Part shown: piece after piece, positions 24,956 through 37,189 of the stretch
How the letters are laid out: each line of letters begins with the position of its first letter
Numbering within the stretch: position 1 is the stretch's first letter
DNA from: Dimorphilus gyrociliatus
Taxonomy: Eukaryota > Animalia > Annelida
NCBI GenBank assembly: GCA_904063045.1
Contig: CAJFCJ010000038.1
Coordinates: 38,315 to 102,314 of the forward strand
Length of the DNA stretch: 64,000 nt
Direction of reading: 5' to 3'
The notes under the pieces: model-generated
Told to the model about the DNA's origin: nothing
Databases searched by the model: none
Seen by the model: the letters and a program-made list of their open reading frames with translations, nothing else
Translations under genes and position numbers: made by a program

Positions 24956-25081
24956 TAAAATAACAATTTATATGTTATTTTATGAATTAAAAACAGTCCA
25001 AATTGACAGCATTTCCTTATAATTGTGTGCACTTAGATATAGTGATATATCAATACTTAGACTTTAGATATAAGGGTACAT

Positions 25082-25237
25082 TAGAAAGACTTATATTTTA
25101 GAGGAATTAGACTGGTGCAACTATAGAAATACTTATATTTCATAGGAATTATAGTGGTGGAACTTTAGATAGACTTTTATTTTGTAGTGTTAGCTTTTAG
25201 TAGTTTAGAAAGAACTCTATTTTGTAAGAAATAGACT
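25082..25237. repeat. Degenerate minisatellite, about 42-bp unit, about 4 copies
   Basis: tagaaagacttatattttagaggaattagactggtgcaacta / tagaaatacttatatttcataggaattatagtggtggaactt / tagatagacttttattttg... / tagaaagaactctattttg... Confidence 0.7.
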
Positions 25238-26116
25238 CTTTGACTGTAACAGATGGTGGCTACTTGGGAATTAACAAAGGAACAAAGAACATGGAAAAGA
25301 TGCATGTCAAATGTCAGATGCTGATGAGGCAGGCCTGTTTGCTGTGATACATGTTTGGCATGTGTCCCTAATCTTAGGATTATATTTTATATGTGTGATA
25401 TAACAAGTCTTTCATATTTTTGTTACATGAGAATTATGAGACCATCAGATTTCAACTTTGTAATCCTTTGACCACTTGAACCCAAGCTTGGGAAATGTAT
25501 AAAAGGAAATGCATTTCCCTAGCTTGTCAGTTCAGTTCTTTAACTGTTAACTGGTTGTAGAAACTCATTTGCTCAATAAATATTATTTAAATGAAATACT
25601 GGGATTTTGTTGATTAATTTCTACCAAAATTACATTTCTTAAGACTACTTGTGGACGAATTTGAAAGGTTCTATTTGTTTGAGTACTTTGGTAAGTTAAT
25701 AAATGATTGAAAAGGACGAATACTGTTCTGAAGAAGCAGAAATTCCTACAATTACAATACAACAAAGTACAAATTGTGATAAATGATATTTAAAAACACC
25801 AATTGATTTATTTGGTGTTTTTTATCATTTAAGAATTTTTACAAATTTTTAACATATAAAGTAAATGACAGGAATATTGGAACACCTCAAATGTTTATTG
25901 GCCAAATATTAAAAATCTTTTTCATTATGAAAAAAGATAATTTTTTTTATTTTTTCAGTATTTAGTAATAGGTTAAACTTGCAATTTTATATAAATTTCT
26001 TAAAAATAGCAGTTAGGTAAGTTTTTACATACTTTTTTTTATAGGAATTACCATAATTTTCTTATTTTATTTTCTTATTTGACCACATGACATGTTTATT
26101 GAAATAATTTTAAATA

Positions 26117-26322
26117 GGATCAACAGAAAATGGCCCCAAGTAGGATATTTGAAGGCAACTTTTTGGGTTGAGAAATGGTTAAGAGGAAAAAGGCATCTAT
26201 TGATTTCTAGTTAGGAGGGTCCTATCTAAGGCTTAGGGGAAATGGATATGGTTAAGGATACTTAGGTGATGGTTTAGGGTTAGGGTAAAACCATGCTTTT
26301 GGGGCCGTTTTCTGTCGCATCC
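26117..26322. mobile_element. 206-bp MITE with TTAGGG-like internal motifs
   Basis: TIR GGAT-CAACAGAAAATGGCCCCAA versus reverse complement GGATGCGACAGAAAACGGCCCCAA; internal ggtttagggttagggtaaaa. Confidence 0.8.
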
Positions 26323-26344
26323 ATGTTATTTTTTATCTATTTTT

Positions 26345-27320
26345 GTATGTGCCACCCTCTCTTTCTATACATTGGCTTATTCTACAGCCCATTCCCTAAT
26401 ATAAACTTGGCAATAAGAGTGGATTTCTGTTGATAACCTCATAGCAGCATTTCTTAATCTTTTCCCACAGTTCATCCTCTGCCTCAAACTATGGGCCATC
26501 ATACACCATTGTCCTGGTCAGGTGTCGCATGTTTTCTATTGGGCTGAGATCAGTTCTCCTTGCTGGTCAATCAATGGGTTTGATGTTATTGTTTTTAAAG
26601 GCTTTTTTTTCATTTTTCTTGAGGTGTGACAGCCAGCATTGTCTTGGTGGAAGATTTACTGCCTGCCCATTTTTGCCTCAATTTTTTCTATGACAGGCAG
26701 AACATCTTCCACAATGAAGGAGCTATAGTTTTCAGCATTCAGCTTTCTGCTTATCCTCCAGAGTTCAAATATGCCATCAGAGGATATCAACCCCCACACC
26801 AATACTCCACCTCTCCCCATATTTTTCATCACCCTGAAGTCCTTTTCACTATTGCTGGTCCAAGTCCTAAAATCATCAGGTCCACTTAGCTAAAAATAGC
26901 CTTAGCAGTAAAAATAACCCTAGATCAGTCTAGATTTTTGCTAATAATTTTGAGGCAATATTTTTTTCTGCATTTACAATCTTAAGAGGTGAAATCAGTT
27001 CTTTGTCTGACTCTTTTGTATTTGAAATTTTGTCTTTTCAGTTCTCTCTGAATTGTTCTGTTGCTTACATCTACTTCTAATTCCTTTAATATCTTTGCTG
27101 CTGTCACTCTTTGCTTGTTATCTTCCAGTTTCTTCACAATCCTTTTCATCCTGGCTATCTCTCTGTTGGAAAGCTTCTTTGGACTGCTCCTATTGTCTTC
27201 TGGCTGCTTATTCTTCAGGATGTTGCTTACTGATGATGGTGCCTTTCCTAAAACTCTTGCTGCTCCCCTTAATTTCCCTATTTCACTATGTTTCTTGATT
27301 ACAGTAATTTTTAATATTCA
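26345..27320 (-). mobile_element. Near-full-length decayed Tc1-like (DD34E) transposase
   Basis: HTH region (ARVLGKAPSSVSNILK...VSNRTIQRELK), GGVLVWGLIS, FHQDNAGCH, ID*PARRTDLSPIEN, ...CIEREGGT. 34 residues between D and E once a frameshift in an A-run is corrected; several stops. Confidence 0.88.
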
Positions 27321-27422
27321 ATAACTAATTAACTTAACTTAAAACAGAAAAAAAGCTGAAAAAATTTTTGTTTGAGACATCTATTTGAATGTCAAACCAG
27401 ATGTCAACTCAATGTTTCAATA

Positions 27423-30005
27423 GAATTATGGAGAAAACATCCACTATGTGAAGAAAATATTAAAAAATACTTTTTCAAATTTAAATTATTATTGATTTTG
27501 AGATATATCCAATATATTCCCATAATGCAATCACTTTTGGTAGTCATTTTGATATCCAGACAGGAAACAGTTCAGGGATCTTCTATGTTTTTCATGGAAA
27601 GTGAATATTGTGCACATTTCATCTACAATTTTTCAGAATTTTTTGCAGTTTGAAATATATTTCACTATTGAAAACCATCAGACAAAACACAAACTTTAGA
27701 ATTGATATCAGTAAGTTATAGAATATTGTGTTGAAATGATTTATTTCTAAATTAGCTTTATTTTTATAGCAGCCATTTTGTTTATCATTGTTGTTGATTG
27801 TTTAATTTTTAAATTTAAACAGTTGGTTATTAAAAGAGATTCCAAATTGAACATGGCACCAATTTGTTACTTTTATGAAGAGAGAATATATGGAAGACAG
27901 AATCATGAGAAATGTCAGCTTTGCTGTCATTTATTTAAAATACACAAGAAATGTTTGGAATATAAAGGTCTGTTTAAGTTTTTTGTCACTATCCTTACAA
28001 ATATGCTTTTATGTTTTTTCACAGATCAATCATTTTATTGTAACATTTGCTGTGACATATCAATGAAGAAATGCATTGTTACACTGCAAAGGCTACCTTC
28101 TAGTGCATATGTTAATGAAAAAATAAGTCAAACACCAAATTTTCATACAGTAAATAATAGAAATGAGCAAACTATTGTTTGTGAAAATCATTGTGGAAAT
28201 TCAAGTGGAAATGATACAAATGGCAGTATTATGGAATCAAACAATGTTTTAGTTGAAGATCTTCCAGCTCAACATAATAATATGATGGAAGTTTCATTTA
28301 TAGTTTCTCCAAAATCAGATTGTGAGAAAGAAAGTTATTCATTTAAAATCTTAAAGGGAATGAGCCAGAAAGGAAAAGATTTGCTACTTTTCAACAATTT
28401 CTGCTACAATATTAAAGAAAAAAGAAACAAGACAACATTCTGGATATGCAGTGTTAGGAACAAAAGAAACAAATGTTCAGCAACAGATAGTCAGCATGGG
28501 AACAGTTTTTATCCTGGAAAGTTATCCCATTCTCATGAAAGAGTACCTGATCTGGAAAAAAAAATAATGATTAGGAATGAACTAAAAAATGCTTGTAATA
28601 AAGATATCAGTAGTTCAGGAAAACATTTAGCTGAAGATGTTCTGGTGAAACATTATAGTTCTAGTGAAGTTATTCCATCTCTAGATAATTGTACAAGACT
28701 GGCAAACTGGACAAGAAAGAAGTTTAGACCAGCTGAACCTCAAAGTATTCACTTCAACTTGGCTAAAACTTTTATTCCTGATGATTTTTTACAAATGGAT
28801 ATACAAATGGAGAATGATAGAATACTAATATTTTCAACTACAAAGCAAATTGAATTATTATCTAAAGGCAAAATATGGTTTATGGATGGCACATTTAAAT
28901 GTGTGAAAGACCCTTTTTATCAACTTTTTTCTGTTCATGCATTTATAAAAAAAAATGGAGAAATAAAACAAATTCCATTGGCTTTTGCTTTTATGCAATC
29001 CAAGAGAAAGATAGCCTACAAGAAATTATTTAAGGTACAATAATTTTGCATTTTAAATTGAATAATCTAATTTGTTAAATTAACAGGCAATACAAGATTT
29101 AACAAATGGGCATAGCCCCAAAAAAGTTGTTGTAGACTTTGAAAAAGCTATTTGGAAAGCACCATCATTCACTTATCCTGAAGCAAACATTAAAGGGTGT
29201 GTTTTTCACTGGACACAGGCAATATACAGAAAGATTCAAGTAATACTTTAATTTAGCATTTGAGCTCTAGATAGAACTGACATATTTATTTCCAGGAATT
29301 AGGATTATGTAAGATGCACAAGGAGAAAAAAGCTGAATATAGAATCATGAAGAAATTAATGGCATTACCATTCCTGCCCTCTGATCTGATAGAACCAACA
29401 TTTAAGACTATTAAAGAAATAAGTCCTATTGAAATGAAGTCTCTATTGGAGTATGTTGAGACACAATGGATAAATGGATTTTATAAACCAGAGGTATGGT
29501 CTGTATAAGGACAAATAATGGTCTTGAAGGCTGGCATCACAGGCTTAACAAGAATCTTTGCTGTAACACTGCATTCTATTTGCTTTTAGATGAACTGAAA
29601 AAAGAAGCTGATCTGATAAAGCTATATAAAAAATTACTGAGTGAAAAGAAAATTTGTAGACAGCAAAGAAAAGCATATCAGAATATTCAAAGCAAAATAT
29701 TCAGCTTATGGGAACAATTTGAAATTGCCTCAATTACCTCCCTGGACTTACTTGATAAAGCTTCTGACATTTATTCACCAGTTTGAAATACCTTTATTCT
29801 TGAATGTTGTTACACTGTTGTCAATCATTCCTGTTATAATTCTTGTTTTTACTTAATCAATATATTAATATTTAAATATTTGTAATTCTTATTATTCATT
29901 TTTTACCGTCAAATTGCCTAAAAACTCCATCTATCAAATATCTTATATCTTACTTGGAAGTTCTATAGTGGACGTTTTCTCCAGTGGATGTTTTCTCCTG
30001 TACCC
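27423..30005 (+). mobile_element. MULE DNA transposon E1 (PHD-FLYWCH-DDE), defective
   Basis: Flanked by gtttcaata (27414-27422) and atttcaata (30006-30014), a 9-bp TSD with 1 mismatch. TIR repeat GGAGAAAAC(A/G)TCCACT at both ends. Confidence 0.85.
27853..29786 (+). pseudogene. E1 transposase, 4 exons (introns 27968-28024, 29035-29086, 29240-29295)
   Basis: FMDGTF, VVVDFE, GCVFH and RTNNGLEGWH motifs. Frameshift near 29505 (WSV*); second PHD Cys changed to Tyr (CYFY). Confidence 0.88.
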
Positions 30006-30182
30006 ATTTCAATAAACATGTTATGCAGCCAAATAAAGGAAAAACTTATGAAAATTATTAAAATGTTTTACTAATAATGTTCACAAAATATTATCATTTT
30101 CTTAAATTTTTTCAATATTATGTCAATTTAACTCTTTTTCTATATAAATGTCGACAAAAAATACTAATTTGCAGCAGACATT

Positions 30183-30421
30183 ACAACTTTGGTTATACTT
30201 TACATGCTTGAACTCTATTATTTTATGCAACTTATACATGTACCTTGTAAAACCTATGTCAGAAAATGCTATAACATTGGCCAAACACAGGTCTGATTAG
30301 TCAGCTTGAACACTCATCTTTAATTACCAGTTAACGTTTGGCCAAGTTATAATTCAATTGACCTTCCTAAATGTTGAACCTTGTAAGATCCTGTTACTAA
30401 AGTTAAATATGAACTACACAT
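30183..30421 (+). repeat. About 240-bp dispersed repeat, copy 2
   Basis: Direct copy of 10608-10851. Confidence 0.9.
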
Positions 30422-30921
30422 AAAATTATGACATTTGGTTTTTTCCCTCTTATAGAGATGGATAAAAGTATCTATAGCATCCATTTTGTTAATGAAATTG
30501 TCCAGATAGAGTTATATTTTTGCAGCTTGTCATTTGTTTAATTTTAACACTTATTATAAATACAATTTTCTGATCAATTGACCTAGTTTTAATTAAGTAT
30601 CTCAAGACATTCTTTCCCAATTTTAGGCAGTCCCTGATATGGAAAAATTGTCTTATGTATATTAGTTTTCTTGTTAAGCCTATAAACTGTAATAAATGCT
30701 AGTCATGTTGATCTGAAACTGAAGGTTTTTATAGCTCTTATACATAATGTAATTTGAAGAAAAAAAGGATATAAAACAATGGTTGTTAATGATCCAATTC
30801 ATCATAAAACTGAAGATTTTCCAATAATACATTATAAATAACTTACAAAAATTGTTGAATATAGTCAGTGTACACTTATGAACTATAGTTTATAGATATT
30901 TTATGAATAATACTTACTATA

Positions 30922-31287
30922 TGCTTTTATACAATTCCTGATCAGTTGTTTATGCCTTGGCTGTCAACAACAAGGGTCTAACCCCAGATAAGGATTGTTC
31001 ACAACAAACAGGGTCAAGGGTTATCATATTATGCAATAGTGATGTAAACAACAACAACTTTGTGTAGGTTACCCCTCAAGGGTCAATTCTTACATCATAT
31101 TTATGTAAATAAACACTTGTTGTTGTCAACATGTGTGTTATGTAACATCTTATCATTTGCCTATAAAAGGGGTTGATTCTGGCAGTTCGGTACCATCTAC
31201 CCTAGAGGCAACATCTACTTCAACACTTCTACTATATAGTAAGTATCATTTATAAAATATCTATAAACTATAGTTCATAAGTGTACA
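30922..31287 (+). promoter_or_regulatory. Repeated TATA-exon-donor cassette, copy B
   Basis: TATAAAA at 31162-31168 and GTAAGT at 31239-31244, about 130 bp upstream of the signal-peptide ATG at 31376. Confidence 0.65.
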
Positions 31288-31752
31288 TTTGATATAATTT
31301 TAAATTAATTCCAATGTTAAAAAAAATTGTCAATAAAGGAAACAAGAAAAACCTGTCTATATCATTTTTGGAATCATGTTTCAATGGAAATGTCTCTTTT
31401 TCCTTCTATATTCAATTTACTTGAAAAGAACATTTTCAGGTCGAGATGGTAAAAAATTGAAAATATAATTTTGTCTTTCTTTTTTATTAATCAAAATTGA
31501 AATTAACAAGAAATTTTCTATTTAAACAGTTTGTTTTAATGAGATAACTCCTGATATAGGACTTTATTATGGTGATCTATCAGAAGTATTCAGTCAAACA
31601 CTTAGTTCTTGTAAACAGCTTTGTATTGATAATTCCCAGTGCAGGTTAATTTATTACTTTGTACAAATTTTGGTTTGAAATTTTCAAATTTTTAGATTGA
31701 TCAATTTTATGAAAGACAATCAACATTGTATTCTAAAAGCATGCACTAAATA

Positions 31753-34172
31753 GGGGCCAGGACATTTCGGCCCAGGACATTTCAGCCCACTTTTTGGACA
31801 TTTCGGCCCACTTTGGGACATTTCGGCCCAGGACATTTCAGCCCACTTTAGGACATTTCGGCCCAGGACATTTTGGCCCACTTTAGGACATTTTGGCCCA
31901 TTTTAGAGCATTAATATTCAAGAATATAACTTTCCATTTTATGATGGATTATGTTTATTTTTTCAATAAGAAAGGAAACAATTTCAAAACAGTAAAAGAA
32001 TGATATAACATACAATAACAAAAATGCAGAGTAAGAAATGTTAACTTTTAAAAAATATTTAAATGTACAAGTCCATCCAATAATTCATCCAAACTCAGTT
32101 CTCTTTCTTCAAATTTACTCCACAACTGAAATATTTTGAATTGTAAATCTTGATACTTCTTCTTTTGTATCTTTCTTAACTTTTTCTCAGACAATAACTT
32201 TTCAAAGATTGCTACTAACTCAGCTTCTCTTCTTAATTCTTTTATGAGGGAATACAAGTTCTCATCCATGTTCAAGTTTTTGTTAAGCCTGGAATGCCAT
32301 GCCTCAACATGATTGTTTGTTCTCACAGCCAATTGATAGACAGACCAGAATTTAGGAGGCCAAATGCTGCTTTTAATAAATGTTTCTTCAATATAATCAA
32401 GCAAATCTGAAAAGAATTTCTTTTCACAAAGTTCTTCTTTTATTTGAAAAAACTTTTGTTCAATAAATTTTGCTGGAAGATAGGCCAAACACATCAATTT
32501 TTGTAACATTTTCCCTTTATATTCATTTTCTTTATAATCATTAATGTATCCAAGTTTCTAACAAAAAATTTTCTATGAATATTTAATTGTTTGCAGTATT
32601 GTTTAATCTACCTGAATGTTTCTCAAAATTGCTTGCTTGAAATGAAAAGAGCATCCTTGAAGGTCAGAATTAGGAAACTGGTCTTTAAGTGCCATCCATA
32701 TAGCCTTTTCAAAATCAAGAACACATTTCCTGGGTGTTTTATCATTCAGTAATTTTCTTATCTCCTGTGTTCATTTATAAGGAGTTAAATTAAAAGTGAA
32801 TATCATACTGAAAAATTTCAAACCTGAAGAACAGCAATATAGCAGTTTTTCTTTTTGCTACTCATCAGAACATAAGTCAATGGAACCTGCTGATATTCAT
32901 CATGTTTTTTCAAGAATCCATGAATTGAAAAGAGTTGATAAAATGGATCTCTAACAACTTTAAAAGTTGCATCAATGAAACAAATTTTACAACATTCAAG
33001 TAATTCTATTTGATGATTTGTACCAAATATAATACATCGATTTTTCTTTTCTTTTATATCTTTCAATAAGAAATCCATTGGAATTTCATCTAGATTTATT
33101 TCAAAGTGTAAATCTCTAGGATGCTTTGGTCTTCTATTCTCTTTATGGAAGCTTTTCTTCTTAGTGATTCTAATTCTGGTAAGTCTTCAATATTATCTTT
33201 AAATTTAAGAATAATATCTTCTGCTATTCTTTTACCAGTTTTGTCATTGTCACAATTTGCCATTTCTTTCAAATCCATTCTTGATTGAAGAACATTTTCC
33301 AGATTTTTATACAACTTATGAAGATGGTTTCCATTTTTTACAATGAAATTTGATCCTTTTTGTATTATGTATGCAGGACAAGAATTTTTAGCATATCTTT
33401 GAGTACATCTCCAGGTAATTTAACTCTCAGTTTTTCTTTTCATGGAATACAAACAATTTTTGTGTAGAAGTAAGTCTTTACCTTTGGTACTTCCACCAAC
33501 AACAATTTTGAATTCATCTGTTTCAGTTTCCATAATGTTACACTGCTCATCCATCTCAAATGAAGTTTCATCACTGATGTCAACTTTCATATCTCTCATA
33601 TCTTGCCTATTATCAGGAAGATTCACCTCTTTTTCAATATTTGATGATTCAGTTGAATTAAAGTCAAAAGAGAGTCTCAGCTGTCAAAAATAATTTAGAG
33701 TGAGATATTAATATTTTTTAAGCATTGAAATTACCTGATATGTGTTGTTTTCACTTGCATAATCCATTGAAGATTCCATATCAATATCACTTTCTTGAAG
33801 AATTTCACTCTGATGATAATTATCTATTTTCCACACCTCAATCCACACTTCCAACAATTTTTCAAATTCATGCTGTGGTTTCTATCAAAACTAGGATGAA
33901 ATGCAAGAAAACAAATATACCCTCTACTTTTTTCACAACAGGAAAAGGAAATTGCAAAAAATAGTAAAATATACTTTTGAAAAAAAGAAAACTGGTAATA
34001 TGAAAATGTTTCAAATTTTTTGAATGATTTATATATATATATATATATATGTGGAACTGCAATTGAAAATTACATGTTTTTTCTTGTTATTTTTCTAACA
34101 TGGGGTGAAATATTTTGGGCGGAAATGTTCCAAAGTGGGCCGAAATGTCCTGGCCCGAAATGTCACTGCACC
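31753..34172 (-). mobile_element. MULE DNA transposon E2 (FLYWCH-DDE), defective
   Basis: TSD cactaaata at 31744-31752 and 34173-34181 (an 8-bp reading is also possible). TIRs are built from GGACATTTCGGCCC repeats, about 9 on the left and about 4 on the right. Confidence 0.92.
32048..33880 (-). pseudogene. E2 transposase with introns (32765-32823, 32558-32611, and about 33682-33735)
   Basis: FIDATF, LDFEK, GCSFH and RTNNHVEAWH motifs; nonsense at 33420 (KTES*ITWRC) and a frameshift near 33145. Confidence 0.88.
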
Positions 34173-34789
34173 CACTAAATACCATTAATTAGTCAATGCA
34201 TCAGCATGTATTGTTTTCAAAAACTATGGACCAAAAGATGATATATGTGGTAATTGATTGGATGTTTGCTTTGAAAACTTAATTATGTCAACATCAAAGA
34301 AATAATCACCTTTTTTTTATAGATACAGTTGTAAACCCTGAAAAATGTTCTCCTACTTTGGAAAAAGAATGTGCTCCCAGTTTAGTAACAAGTGTCAAAT
34401 ATGCAGAGTTTGGATGTTGTTATGTTAATGGAAAGTGTTTTTATGACAATACAGCAGTTATAGGCTTTAATCAGGTAGCCGCAATTGGAGCTTTTACAAC
34501 ATTTCCAGATGTACATAGTGCAATAAGTTTGAAAGATTGTGGAAGAATTTGCTTATCTCAAGCTGATTCTGTGTGCTTCTCCTTTGATTTTACCAGTACA
34601 GTTTGTAAGCTTAGCAGCACTGAGTGTTCATATAGTGCTGGTTCTTTGACAATTTCAGTTTACAGAAGGATTGGTTACAGGCCACTAATGTGTTACAATT
34701 CAAATTGTGGAAGTACAGACAAATTTAAGAAAAAAAATTTGAAAGAATGTAGTACAACTTGTAAAGACGGTATGTTAATAAGAAGATAA

Positions 34790-35385
34790 ATGATATTTCA
34801 CATTTTCAATGTTTAAGTGTTTAAATCAATATAACAACATTGCATTTTTAACTTTGAAAGCAATACAGATATATATTTTATAAACTTTTTTTTCTTTCTT
34901 TGACCTTTTGCCAATGTTTAAATTTTCACCAGAGACAAGGGTTAGGTTATGATTTGGGTAAAAAACACATGCTTTTGCAGATGTTTTCTGTTCCATGCAA
35001 AGTTGATGACCTAAGCTTCTAGTAGAAATTGGATATTCTCTGTTGGAAATGGGGGAGTAACCAGTCTTTAAATAAGTTAGATATTAGTCTGGCTGATATT
35101 ATTACTATATGCTGAAAAGGTTTTCCACAGAAGAATCCAGAATAGAAAGTTTAAAAACTTTAAAATGATACAAAAAAATTAAAAGAAACATATTTTTTCA
35201 GTGAGTTTGGTTAAAAATTTTTGAGTTGTTACATGGTTTATCTTATCAATTGCGATATTCTTTCATGATTTAATACATCTTTAATGTTTATAAGTAAACA
35301 TTGCTGAGATTGTCGTTTTTGATATTGTCCCCAAATCAATTTATCATCATTAATTCTTATACCAACATTATTTTCATTATTTTGA
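34790..35385 (+). repeat. Segmental duplication, copy 1 (copy 2 at 46490-47445)
   Basis: Colinear blocks such as agagacaagggtta, gagtaaccagtctttaaata and catcattaattcttataccaacattattttcatta. Copy 2 carries two extra inserts. Confidence 0.88.
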
Positions 35386-36350
35386 ATTTTTTGAAAAATT
35401 TCAAAATTCATATTTCCCACTTCTCCAATAAGTCCTCCAATATTTGAATAATCACTGTTTATTGGCCTATCAATAATGATATTCAGATATTCTCTTTGGA
35501 ATGAATTTTGAAATTTTTCAATACTAAGAGAAAATAGATTTTGATTAGAAATAACAACTTTATGTTTATGTTATTGCACAATGTACATTCCAATTTTTTG
35601 TTCATTATAAGAATTATGACCATTGAGTGAGCAAATTGGAATATTATCAACAAATAGGCCTTTTGTAGTTGTTGTCATATTGATGATATTGGAATAGAGA
35701 TTGATTTCATGCATATAATAATCATCGAGTAATTTTCCAGAAATTTCAATTTTCTCCTTTTCAAATTCAATAATTTGAATTCTTTGATCAGATTTACCAA
35801 CAATATCATAACAAATTAAATTAGTAGTTTGAGATTGTTGATCATAGATCAGTTGAGAAAAATGCGGATCGCCATTTACTAAACTTTGTTGAGTTGCTTT
35901 AAAGATAAAACTATATTCATATGTAAAAATGCCTGGAATTCTGTCTATAGAACAATTTGCAGTAAATATTGCCTCATAATTCAATGGTGTAGAGTAATCA
36001 GCCTCCATTGTAAAATCAAATGATGAACCTTTTGAACAAACCACGCTATAATAAACATATATACTCTTTCTATAAACTTTTTTTCCCTACCTAGGCCTAA
36101 AGTTCCAGAATCAGCACCAGTTAAAACAATATGATTAAATTTTTCTTCAACAAAAAGCTATCATTAAAAATCATTTGAATTATTTAATATTGCGTTGGTT
36201 GATTGTTTATGAAAAAAATGTAATTACGAGCATTCTGCAGTATGAATATGATCACCACCATCAAAAATAAAAGTAAAGTTTGTCTGTTCTTTGTTATAAG
36301 GAGGATCAATGTAACTTAAAAAATAGAGCATAGGAAAAAATCCATCAACT
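35238..36350 (-). pseudogene. 3' part of a gene with an ITIH-C-terminal/VWD-like GDPHF domain
   Basis: LVNGDPHFSQLI...ICYDIVGKSDQRIQII...LLDDYYMHEI...GGLIGEVG; a single TAA at 35571-35573 interrupts an otherwise open last exon. Confidence 0.7.
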
Positions 36351-37189
36351 AAATAAAAAAAAGTTAATTTATATAATATACAATTTTATTTATGAGTGAA
36401 AACTGGTAATAACAATTGATTAGACGGCTTTTATCACAATTGCGAAAAAGTATTTTCTGTTTGTATATCTCTTCAGAATTATCATATTTGCATTCCAAAT
36501 AACCTGTAAATTGATCATCAAGAGGAATTTCACCAGGAAGGGATTTTTGAGGAAAGAAATTTCCAGGAATGATGTTTCCAAAAAGGAAATCCTCTCGAAA
36601 AACTGTAACATTATTTCCCCAAATGTTTGGATTACTCAATCTTAAATTGAGGATCTACATTTTCATCAGTCTGTAACAGACTTCCATTAATCCGTTCCTG
36701 ACCCTAGAAATGCCCCAAATCCTACCTTGAAGTTCTATCACAACTCCATGCCAACTGTTTGTTATAGTATGGTGGTCAGTTCACACAGATCAATTTCGGC
36801 CTGTTTTTCTGATAACCAGTATATATATATTCACACAGAAAAGATTGTTTGTTTGTAGTTTTTTGCTAAGGAAATAGACAATTAATTGTGTGTGTTTTTT
36901 TGCTTTTATAAAAAAGTACATAATGGATTTATTAATGATTTATTTATTATTCATTCATTCAATATCAAGGTAATTAATTAGAACAAAAGAAGTTAGTGGA
37001 GAAGTAGGGAGAAAAAGTTTTCACTTCTGTTCCACTGCAACAAAACTTGTATGATTTCTGAGAAAAATTTTCTTGAATTTTTCAATTTCTTTGTGCTTGA
37101 ATTAGAGTTTATCATCGCTCCCATAATAAGCCAAAAGGGCCATTTTTAATAGTCGCTCCGCCTTCTTAAGGTTCTCAAGAGGAATATAT

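Larger units (their letters stand above)
31376..34769 (+). pseudogene. Secreted PAN/apple plus trefoil-like plus PAN protein gene, interrupted by MULE E2
   Basis: Exons 31376-31439 (MFQWKCLFFLLYSIYLKRTFS), 31530-31644 (CFNE...SCKQLCIDNSQC), 31696-31752 joined to 34182-34249, and 34323-34769 (ECAPSLVTSVKYAEFGCCYVNGKCFY; DCGRICLSQADSVCFSFDF...CKL). In-frame TAA at 34186. Confidence 0.82.

Noticed and set aside
27778-28024. ORF-track N-terminus and hydrophobic stretch GLFKFFVTILTNMLLCFFT in the E1 transposase
   Set aside because: The stretch is a 57-nt in-frame GT-AG intron at the same position as E3 intron 1, not a transmembrane segment.
30922-31287. Solo LTR interpretation of the TATA cassette (TG start, possible CA end)
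   Set aside because: No matching 4-6 bp TSD, and the AATAAA lies upstream of the TATA rather than downstream. Not excluded, but unsupported.
31753-31900. Regularly spaced short repeats resembling a CRISPR array (also 40261-40351 and 42879-42990)
   Set aside because: No unique spacers. The units are tandem, appear inverted at the far end of a transposase gene and are bounded by TSDs, so they are MULE subterminal repeats.
34029-34050. (AT)n microsatellite; also (CT)n at about 22471 and 56403
   Set aside because: Ordinary short simple repeats in non-coding or intronic sequence.
36364-36639. ORF with periodic PG.F motifs
   Set aside because: The underlying DNA has degenerate repeats of about 15 bp (ggaaatttc / ggatttcc) like a decayed TIR array; no protein family was recognised.
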